Origin: a virus
Length of the DNA stretch: 64,000 nucleotides
Reading direction: 5' to 3' (one strand)
Virus record (IMG/VR): IMGVR_UViG_3300045303_000182
Location: 45,847-109,846 of that record
Below are positions 57,262-64,000 of this stretch, piece by piece. The stretch's first letter is position 1. The number at the start of each line of letters is the position of its first letter. A program made the translations under genes and the position numbers. Under the pieces are notes generated by a model. It was not told the origin of the DNA. It searched no databases and worked only from the letters and a program-made list of their open reading frames with translations.

Positions 57262-57470
57262 GACTGCGCCGCCGTGAACGCGGCCAGCGCGAGCGCCTCG
57301 ACGCGCTTGGTCAGCTTGCCGTCGCCGCTGTAGGTGAACGTCGGCTCGCCGCCGTCCTCGCCGGGGCGCACGGTGATCGTGCCGAACCAGCCGTGGAACT
57401 GCCCGGACAGGCGCACCACGCCACCGTTCAGGTGGCGGGTGCTGTAGTCGTACTGCAGGCCGCTCATCAC
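57258..57470 (-). CDS. Small hypothetical protein
   Basis: Coupled to the Ku stop codon. Confidence 0.5.
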   Translation of the reverse strand: MMSGLQYDYSTRHLNGGVVRLSGQFHGWFGTITVRPGEDGGEPTFTYSGDGKLTKRVEALALAAFTAAQS

Positions 57471-58276
57471 GCCACCTTGCCCTTCGCAGCCTTGGCCGCA
57501 TCGATGCTCGCCTGCAGGTCGGCCATCAGGTCACCGATGACGGGGACCGCGGGCTTCGCCGGGGCGGGGACGCCCTTGGCCTTGTTGTCCACGAACGCAC
57601 GCACCGCGGGCGCTGTGTCATCGGTGAGCACCGGGGTGCTGGTGCCGACCGCGTCGAGCAGGGCCTCGGCCAGCGCCAACTCGGCGGCGCTGAACTTGAA
57701 GCCGTCGTTCAGGTCACGCGCCTCGCGGACCTGATCGGCCGTGCGGACGTAGGTGAACGAGCCGTCGGCGGCGAGCAGGGCGTAGCGGGCGGGGCCGCGC
57801 AGGGCGACCCGGACGAGGGCGACGACCTTCTTCTTCCGCAGCACGGTGAGCAGCAGCGCGAACGCCTTCTCACCGGCAGCGTCGGCCTTGCCCTTGACGG
57901 CCTTCGGCCGAACCTGCGCCACGTCCTGCGCGGCGTAGTTGCCCACGTCCTTGACGGGGATGAAGGTGACGATGTCACCGACGCCCTTCGGGCAGGTGCA
58001 GTCGGCAATCTCGTCGTCGGTCAGGACGACCCACGCGCCGTTGCTGGCCTCGGCCATGCGGACGACGCGGTCCGACGGGATGACCTCGCCAGTGTCCTTG
58101 CGGATGGGCGAGCGGCCGACGGGGATCGATGCGTCGCCGTCGAGGAACTCGTTGCGGGAGACGCGTGTCTCTTCGGTGCCGGTGTAGACACCGAGCGGGA
58201 TGTTCAGCACGCCGAAGGCGAGCGTGAACGAGTTTGATGCCCGTTGCGGGGCGGGGGCGAGTGCGGTGGTGCTCAT
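57467..58276 (-). CDS. ku: Ku-like DNA end-binding protein
   Basis: LAFGVLNIPLGVYTGTE, WVVLTDDEI, AELALAEAL, DLMADLQASI; start MSTTAL after GGAG. Confidence 0.85.
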   Translation of the reverse strand: MSTTALAPAPQRASNSFTLAFGVLNIPLGVYTGTEETRVSRNEFLDGDASIPVGRSPIRKDTGEVIPSDRVVRMAEASNGAWVVLTDDEIADCTCPKGVGDIVTFIPVKDVGNYAAQDVAQVRPKAVKGKADAAGEKAFALLLTVLRKKKVVALVRVALRGPARYALLAADGSFTYVRTADQVREARDLNDGFKFSAAELALAEALLDAVGTSTPVLTDDTAPAVRAFVDNKAKGVPAPAKPAVPVIGDLMADLQASIDAAKAAKGKVA

Positions 58277-58329
58277 GGGATTCTCCGATTGGTAGGTGTG
58301 GAGTGGAACGGGGATCAGGGTATCGAGCG

Positions 58330-58350
58330 TGCTAGCAGAAACCAACACGC
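58330..58350 (-). promoter_or_regulatory. Conserved promoter/operator (copy 3)
   Basis: Exact 21-mer, then N7-TACCCT, upstream of Ku. Confidence 0.8.
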
Positions 58351-58364
58351 CGATACGTGAGATA

Positions 58365-58544
58365 TCAGACGGTCGTGACGACCCAGCCGTCGCGCTCGAC
58401 GACCACGTCGTACTCCCGGAGGATGTACAGGGTGGCCCAGGCGATGAGCGCCCGGTCGGTGCGCTCGACGTGCGAGTCGATTTCGAGCGGCTCGCTCAGT
58501 TGCGGGTGGCTCAGGCGGTAGGTGATTTCGTGGGTGGTAGGCAT
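58365..58544 (-). CDS. 59-aa leaderless protein (absent from ORF track)
   Basis: My translation MPTTHEITYRLSHPQLSEPLEIDSHVERTDRALIAWATLYILREYDVVVERDGWVVTTV; ATG 6 nt after the -10 of copy 4. Confidence 0.65.
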   Translation of the reverse strand: MPTTHEITYRLSHPQLSEPLEIDSHVERTDRALIAWATLYILREYDVVVERDGWVVTTV

Positions 58545-58557
58545 GCGATCAGGATGG

Positions 58558-58584
58558 GGTTTCTGCTAGCTGAAACCAACACGC
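58558..58584 (-). promoter_or_regulatory. Conserved promoter/operator (copy 4, near-perfect palindrome)
   Basis: GGTTTCTGCTAGCTGAAACC at 58558-58577. Confidence 0.8.
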
Positions 58585-58856
58585 GGCCCGGATTGCCGGC
58601 GGTGACATCCGTCACCTCGAGGTCCGCAACGCATACGGGCCGAGCATGCGCCCACGGCCCTCGTACGACCGGCTGTGTGGCCGCGTGAGCGGCGATCGGC
58701 ATCGGGCGCGGTGCTTGCCGCTCACGGCCGCAGCGAGGCTCACAGAGCCTTGTAGGCCGTGCGCGCCACCTTCGCCCCATACCCGGATATGGCACGCCGA
58801 ACCGGGAACGCGAAGCAGCCCCCCGTTGCCGGGGGGCGTGCTCGGAGCGGGGCGGC

Positions 58857-60131
58857 TCAGGCTCGGTGGGCAGCCTCGGCCGCAGCCTGCCGCAACTCTT
58901 CGTTGAGCAGGATGATGATCGACCGATCCTCAATGATCGACTCCACGATCGGCCGCTCGTTCGGGCCGAACATGCTCGTCAGCACGTTGAGGCCGACGAC
59001 CGGGCCGAACGTCGCCACGTTGCGCTCGCAGCGCTGCAGGGCGGCGGTGCCGACCGGGGTGCGGACGCTGTTGCGCTCGCGGGCCGTGCGGAGCGCGTCG
59101 CCCAGCAGGCGGATCGCCGCCGACTTGATCAGCTTCGTCTCCACGTCGCCGTTGTAGCCCCAGCAGACGTGCTCAAAGCGGTTGACGAACGCCTCGTTCT
59201 GCTTGCCCATGCCGACGTAGCCCTCGTTCAGCGTGCCGATGACCCACAGGTCGAGCGACGCCTGAGTGACCTCGGCCATGAACTGGCCCTTGTTGAACAC
59301 GGCCTTGTTGCGGTTGACGAACAGGTGCCGGTGGTCGATCAGCGGGTGCAGCGACGACGTGACGCGCGGGTCGAGCGCGTTGACCTCGTCCAGGTACAGG
59401 ATGCCGCCGACCTGCGCCGCCAACTCGACCATGCCGGGGAGCCAGACGAGCGACTCGACGCCCGTCGCCGGGTCGGTGTAGCTCGTCGTCTGGCCGAACA
59501 GGTCGAAGTCGGTGACGCCCGACGAGCCGCTGATCGTGAAGATCGGCATCGGCTTCGGCAGGCCGAGGCGCTCGGCCCACACGATGGCGAGCACTTCGAC
59601 CAGCATGGTCTTGCCCGACTGTGTGTCACCCTTCAACAGGACCGAGGCGGGGCGACCGGCGTTGTTGCTGTCGGCCCGGTACGGGTCGCTGGTGAAGGCG
59701 AGCAGGAAGTCGATGTCGGTCAGACCGGGGGCGACCTCGCGGCCGATGTACTGGCGGAACTTCCGCTTGCTCGGACGCAGGTGGTCGAGCCGCTGGTCCA
59801 TCGGATCGGTGATCGGGTCGAGGATGCGGGCGACCTGCGCCACGGTGGCGACGGCGACCTGCTCGGTGGCGACCAGCGTGGCGACGGGAGCCGTCAGCAC
59901 CGGAGCCGGTGCGGGAGTGGCGACCCCGGCGATGCCGACGGGAACGTCCTTCAACTGACGGGGGAGGATGTAGTAGTGCGTGCCCTCAGGCGTCTCGACC
60001 AGCACCTTGCGCTGGTTCGGCTCGCCGTCGGCGACGGGCTTGCTGTCGAGGATGGTGACGACCTCTCCGGCGAAGTCGCCGTCCTTGATTTCGTACTGCC
60101 ATCCGGTGAGGAGTGCTGCTGCTGTTGCCAT
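58857..60131 (-). CDS. MoxR/CbbQ/NirQ-type AAA+ ATPase
   Basis: GDTQSGKT, LYLDEVN, GTLNEGY, NEAFVNRF. Confidence 0.85.
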   Translation of the reverse strand: MATAAALLTGWQYEIKDGDFAGEVVTILDSKPVADGEPNQRKVLVETPEGTHYYILPRQLKDVPVGIAGVATPAPAPVLTAPVATLVATEQVAVATVAQVARILDPITDPMDQRLDHLRPSKRKFRQYIGREVAPGLTDIDFLLAFTSDPYRADSNNAGRPASVLLKGDTQSGKTMLVEVLAIVWAERLGLPKPMPIFTISGSSGVTDFDLFGQTTSYTDPATGVESLVWLPGMVELAAQVGGILYLDEVNALDPRVTSSLHPLIDHRHLFVNRNKAVFNKGQFMAEVTQASLDLWVIGTLNEGYVGMGKQNEAFVNRFEHVCWGYNGDVETKLIKSAAIRLLGDALRTARERNSVRTPVGTAALQRCERNVATFGPVVGLNVLTSMFGPNERPIVESIIEDRSIIILLNEELRQAAAEAAHRA

Positions 60132-60186
60132 GGGTATCGGTCCGTTCGGTGAGTGGTAGGTGGGAACGAGTACGACTCTAGGCCGG

Positions 60187-60207
60187 TGCTAGCAGAAACC
60201 AACACGC
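60187..60207 (-). promoter_or_regulatory. Conserved promoter/operator (copy 5)
   Basis: Exact 21-mer, then N6-TAGAGT. Confidence 0.8.
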
Positions 60208-60420
60208 GTATCGCGATATCGGCAGAAACCTCGAGTTTCCCCTGGTCAGAGGGGGTGAGCTCCCCGAGCTCATATCTCGGTACCACACGCGAGACCCTTG
60301 CCAGCAACTCGACGTGCGAAGAATCTGCGATGCCGGCGGCGGGCGAAAACAGCCTCTGACCTGGACCTCGAGGCTCGCGCCGGCCGCCTCGACGGCATGT
60401 TCGCCCGATACCTCGGTACC

Positions 60421-60441
60421 GCGTGTTGGTTTCTGCTAGCA
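60421..60441 (+). promoter_or_regulatory. Conserved promoter/operator (copy 6)
   Basis: Exact 21-mer, then N6-TAGAGT-N7-ATG (leaderless VWA gene). Confidence 0.8.
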
Positions 60442-60460
60442 GGGGAGTAGAGTCATCCCC

Positions 60461-62794
60461 ATGACCACGCCACCTACCACCGTCGGGGGAAAGCCTCCGA
60501 AGAAGGCGCGGAAGAAAGTCACGACCGACCTCGGTCGTCAACTTCTCACCCGCGAACGTCAGCGCCTCAGCCGTGAGCAGGCTGCTCTTGCCGAGCAGCA
60601 GCTTCTGGAAGCCGAGCGCGCCCGGACCCAGCAGAAGCGCAACGTCAAGTCGGCCAAGCCGCTCGACATCGCTGTCAGCCGGTCGATCGTCAAGCGCTTC
60701 GCAGGCGTCCTCGCCTCCGAGGGTGTCAGCGTCCGCATCAGCGCCACGCCGAGCACCACGACCAGCGCCTGGACCGACTTCGAACAGATCGTCATCAACT
60801 ACGTGCAGCAGGACGACGACCGCGTGCTCGCCGCCACCATGCGCGGCCTGGCGTACCACGAAGGTGGTCACTGCCGGTTCACCCTCCCGTTCATCCAGCT
60901 TGCCGAGGCCGCGGGCCAGCCCGCCGACACGAAGCTGCACCGGGCGTGGAACTGCCTGGAAGATCAGCGGATGGAGACGGCCGTCGTGTCGGACTCGCCG
61001 CGCAAGGCTGCGTATCTCACGCCGATGATCATGCTCGACTTCGTTCCTACGGTGAACCACGCCGCCGCCAACTGGCCGCTGCTGGTCTGGCGTCGGTACC
61101 TCCCGACGCACATCCGCAAGGGCGCTCGCAAGCTGTTCGTCCACCAGCACAACCTGATGGGCCTCGACGGCGAGGCGCTCGCCAAGTCGATCGAAGCCGT
61201 CACCACGAAGTACGTGCTGGCCGACAACGCCGTGACCATGTGGGAAGCGGTTGTCGAGTACGCCGCGCTGCTCCAACAGACCGCTCCGTTCGCTGCGAAC
61301 GTCGATGACAACGCCATGGGCCACCAGCGCCAGTACAAGCGCTCCGAGCGCAACCTGGACGACTTCCTGGTCATCCCGGTCGAGGGCGGCATGGTTGACG
61401 AGGGTGCCGACGAGGCAGCCGACGAGGCCGACGAGTCCGACACGATCGACACGGTCGAGGGGTTCCAGCACTTCCTCGACATCCTGTTCGCGCTGCTCAA
61501 CGGCCAGGACATCCTGCCCCCGGTCATCTACGCCTCCAAGGGCGAGGGTGAGCAGGGCGAGGGCGCTGGCTCCCCGTCCGACGAGGCGCAGCCGCACGGC
61601 GACGCTGCCGACGAGGGCGACGACGAGGGCGACGAGTCCGACGACGATGCCGAGGCCGAGGGCGACGAGTCCGAGGGCGGCAAGGGCAAGGGCAAGGCTT
61701 CCGACGACGACACCGAGGGTGCCGACGACGACGAGGCCGAGGCTGGCTCCAACGGCTCCAACGACGACGACGACGACGACGACGAGGCTGACGCCACGGC
61801 GACGGGCGGCGACGACGACGGCCTGGACTTCGCCAACGAGCCTGCCGACGACGAGCAGGACGAGCAGGGCGGCGCGAGCGGCGAGCACAAGAACACTGGC
61901 GTGCGCGACGACCTCGACTACAAGAACGACGACGACCTGACCGACGAGGCGCTCCAAGAGGCGATCGATGAGGCTGCTGCCGCTCGCGACAGCGACCCGA
62001 CGCTCGACGGCGACGTGCAGTCGCTCCACGATGCGATCAACAACCGCACCAGCGACCTGCTGCCGTACAACGCAGGCGTCAGCCAGGACATCGCCGCCGA
62101 GGCGACGGGCCGCAACCTGGCCGACGACATCGAGCAGGCGTTCCGCGAGAACACGATCGACAAGGCTCCGGGCTGGGTCGAGGGTCAGCGTCGTGGCATC
62201 GTCAACGTGCTGCGCTACGAGACGCGTCGCCCCGGCGACGTGGAGTTCTTCCGCCAGTACACCGAGACGGACGCCCCCGGCCAGAACATCGCCGTGTCGG
62301 TCCTGCTCGACTACAGCGGTTCCATGGGCGGCGCGACGCTGGAACTGGCTCAGGCCGGTTACGCCACGAAGCTGGCTTGCCAGGCGCTCGACATCCCCTG
62401 CACCGTGACCCTGTGGGACACGCAGGCGACGGTGCTCTACGACGCCACCGAAGAGGCCGACCGCCTCCCGGTGATCGTCTCGGCCGGTGGCACCGACATC
62501 ACGGTGGCGGTGGCCGACCTCGACAAGCAGCGCTACGAGAAGGACATCCACATCGTCATCATCATGACCGACGGTGCGTGGTCCGGGGCGTGCGGCCAGA
62601 ACGGCTTCCTCGCTTCCTACAAGGGCGACGAGGGCCGGTACTTCATCGGCCTCGGCTACAACAGCGGCTGGGGCGACTCCGGTCCGGGGATGGCCGAGAA
62701 CCTGCGCCGCTACGGGTGCGACGAGGCCCACGGCATCGCCTCCCTGATGGAGATTCCCCGCTACTTGGAGCAGGCGCTGGTCGCCTTCTCCTGA
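60461..62794 (+). CDS. VWA-domain protein with HExxH metallopeptidase-like N-terminus (CobT-like)
   Basis: HEGGH, WNCLEDQRME, acidic linker, LLDYSGSM MIDAS motif, MTDG. Confidence 0.85.
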   Translation: MTTPPTTVGGKPPKKARKKVTTDLGRQLLTRERQRLSREQAALAEQQLLEAERARTQQKRNVKSAKPLDIAVSRSIVKRFAGVLASEGVSVRISATPSTTTSAWTDFEQIVINYVQQDDDRVLAATMRGLAYHEGGHCRFTLPFIQLAEAAGQPADTKLHRAWNCLEDQRMETAVVSDSPRKAAYLTPMIMLDFVPTVNHAAANWPLLVWRRYLPTHIRKGARKLFVHQHNLMGLDGEALAKSIEAVTTKYVLADNAVTMWEAVVEYAALLQQTAPFAANVDDNAMGHQRQYKRSERNLDDFLVIPVEGGMVDEGADEAADEADESDTIDTVEGFQHFLDILFALLNGQDILPPVIYASKGEGEQGEGAGSPSDEAQPHGDAADEGDDEGDESDDDAEAEGDESEGGKGKGKASDDDTEGADDDEAEAGSNGSNDDDDDDDEADATATGGDDDGLDFANEPADDEQDEQGGASGEHKNTGVRDDLDYKNDDDLTDEALQEAIDEAAAARDSDPTLDGDVQSLHDAINNRTSDLLPYNAGVSQDIAAEATGRNLADDIEQAFRENTIDKAPGWVEGQRRGIVNVLRYETRRPGDVEFFRQYTETDAPGQNIAVSVLLDYSGSMGGATLELAQAGYATKLACQALDIPCTVTLWDTQATVLYDATEEADRLPVIVSAGGTDITVAVADLDKQRYEKDIHIVIIMTDGAWSGACGQNGFLASYKGDEGRYFIGLGYNSGWGDSGPGMAENLRRYGCDEAHGIASLMEIPRYLEQALVAFS

Positions 62795-62810
62795 CCAATC
62801 CCACGGCCCA

Positions 62811-62841
62811 GGCCCGGAGTGCTCCAAAGGCGCTCCGGGCC
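62811..62841 (+). terminator. Hairpin after the VWA gene
   Basis: GGCCCGGAGTGC-N7-GCGCTCCGGGCC. Confidence 0.55.
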
Positions 62842-62870
62842 TTCGGCCATCACCTACCAAGAGGTACCCC

Positions 62871-63041
62871 ATGAACCGATACGAGAAGGCGTTCCACGAA
62901 ACGCACAGCGTCCTGTCCGAGTGGCTGCCCGACGCGGAGCCGTGGAAGGTGGACACGATCACGCGCAAGGTGGTCGAGAGACTCATCGCCAAGGGCGTCG
63001 TGCAGAGCACCGACCCGGACGAACTGAGCGTGCCGTCGTGA
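62871..63041 (+). CDS. 56-aa hypothetical protein (absent from ORF track)
   Basis: MNRYEKAFHETHSVLSEWLP...; GAGG RBS preceded by CACCTACCA. Confidence 0.6.
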   Translation: MNRYEKAFHETHSVLSEWLPDAEPWKVDTITRKVVERLIAKGVVQSTDPDELSVPS

Positions 63042-63049
63042 GGGCGCAC

Positions 63050-63277
63050 ATGGCGCGCTTCCCACTGACCGATCACGCTCAGCAGAGGCGCAAGCAGATG
63101 GGCGTGAGCGAGGACAGAATCCTCGACGCGCTCAACCACCCCGAGGCCGTCTACCCCGGCTCACAGGGCCACCCAGGGGGTCGTACGTGCCGCCAGAAGG
63201 GTGACATCGTCGTGATCACCGACGATGCGACCGGCGAGGTTGTCACAGTCCTGTGGCACGGCAAGGAGGGCCGATGA
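63050..63277 (+). CDS. DUF4258-like (RelE-fold) small protein
   Basis: LTDHAQQR..QMGVS...I..AL..P...VVTV. Confidence 0.65.
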   Translation: MARFPLTDHAQQRRKQMGVSEDRILDALNHPEAVYPGSQGHPGGRTCRQKGDIVVITDDATGEVVTVLWHGKEGR

Positions 63278-63525
63278 CGCGCAGCTACAAGCCGAAGCCG
63301 ACGCCGCCTGATGGGCCGCGTCCGAAGCGCACAGCGGGCGTCCTGTCGTGCTCGGCGTGCAAGAGGACCATCCCATATCAGGGTTACGCCGATCCTGATA
63401 TCGAGCCATGGCCCAAACACAAGTGCCCGACGCCTCGAGGTCCGATGGAGGTCCGCGACTTCGACCTGTTCAGCGACGACGACCCGTACCGACCGGCGCT
63501 GCCGGCGGGATTGAAGTTCCCATGA
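63274..63525 (+). CDS. Small Zn-binding protein
   Basis: CSAC...H.C; ATGA overlap. Confidence 0.45.
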   Translation: MTRSYKPKPTPPDGPRPKRTAGVLSCSACKRTIPYQGYADPDIEPWPKHKCPTPRGPMEVRDFDLFSDDDPYRPALPAGLKFP

Positions 63526-63692
63526 CCTACACCTACACACCGCGCCAGGACGACGTGATCGTCTGGCCGAACGGCCTCACCATGCGCTGCGAGATGAACG
63601 GCATCATCGTGGTCGAGGGCGTGCCCGCTGATGACACACTCACCGTCGAGCCAACGATCGACGGCACCTACCTGATTGGAGTCGTGCAATGA
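63522..63692 (+). CDS. Small hypothetical protein
   Basis: ATGA overlaps on both sides. Confidence 0.5.
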   Translation: MTYTYTPRQDDVIVWPNGLTMRCEMNGIIVVEGVPADDTLTVEPTIDGTYLIGVVQ

Positions 63693-64000
63693 GCACGCTG
63701 CCCCCCGTAAACGGTCCTACGGACCTGCCTGGCCTCCGGGACTGGCTCCTGAGTCGCTTCCGCCCCGGTGGTGACCTGCACAGCGTCGATGGTCGGTTCG
63801 TCCACGACAGCCTCAAAGCGGCGCACCTGTGGTGGGTCGAGGAAGAGACGTGCCACCTGCTGGCCGAGTCCGCACCGACGTGGCCCGACGACTACACGTT
63901 CAGCTTCCAAGACCTTCCAACGCCCGCGGGCCTGGCGATCTTCGCCCACGACATCGAAGGCACTGACTCATCACCGGAGGCGAACGGCGAGCCGGTACGC
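63689..64000 (+). CDS. Hypothetical protein, truncated by window edge
   Basis: ATG overlapping the previous stop; open to the end of the window. Confidence 0.5.
   Translation, partial: MSTLPPVNGPTDLPGLRDWLLSRFRPGGDLHSVDGRFVHDSLKAAHLWWVEEETCHLLAESAPTWPDDYTFSFQDLPTPAGLAIFAHDIEGTDSSPEANGEPVR

Noticed and set aside
54740-60441. CRISPR array or parS sites from the repeated 21-mer
   Set aside because: Copies are hundreds to thousands of bases apart, oriented to genes, with no spacer periodicity. The palindrome centre is longer than parS (GTTTCACGTGAAAC) and no parB is visible.
61540-61940. GACGAC low-complexity tract as a repeat element
   Set aside because: It encodes the acidic linker typical of CobT-like VWA proteins.
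59951-63139. 1062-aa minus-strand ORF, and similar long antisense ORFs (21340-22809, 23292-24758, 33853-35481, 53158-54780, 58866-60152)
   Set aside because: Shadow frames opposite well-supported genes. They are expected in high-GC DNA and contain no recognisable motifs.
1-64000. Integrase, transposase, intein, intron, tRNA or rRNA genes
   Set aside because: None recognised by eye. A tRNAscan/Infernal run would be needed to exclude small RNA genes.

Overview
GC-rich segment of a tailed dsDNA phage with a contractile tail (myovirus) infecting an actinobacterium; several genes suggest an Acidimicrobiia-type host, which is inference from recall. Read on the minus strand from ~35.8 kb to base 1, the late module is: terminase large subunit, a ~6.8 kb cassette of small and enzyme-like ORFs, portal, scaffold, N4-gp56-type major capsid, decoration and fibre genes, adaptor and neck, tail terminator, sheath, tube, chaperone pair, tape measure with peptidase and lysozyme-like domains, and a truncated tube-initiator gene. 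The 36-64 kb part is accessory/early: GNAT, KTSC, TopoVI-A/Toprim-like, lysozyme-like, LPxTG surface protein, sortase-like lipoprotein, dCMP deaminase, RHH protein, C5 methyltransferase, SNF2 helicase, Ku, and a divergent MoxR-AAA/VWA pair. Best candidates for new biology: (1) a terminase-to-portal cassette of stand-alone effector domains (two ADP-ribosyltransferase-like proteins with beta-clamp-binding-like motifs, an HhH-glycosylase-like protein) sharing short LSxxQF-like and HPxRxV tags that may be capsid-loading signals; (2) a phage LPxTG mucin-like protein plus a sortase with Cys>Ser at the catalytic site; (3) three layered cis-regulatory motifs (a 21-bp promoter/operator, a downstream CACCTACCA box, and 22 RTAY-N4-RTAY boxes); (4) a hairpin/palindrome array at 51.2-51.6 kb. 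Family assignments are from motif recognition by eye, not database searches.
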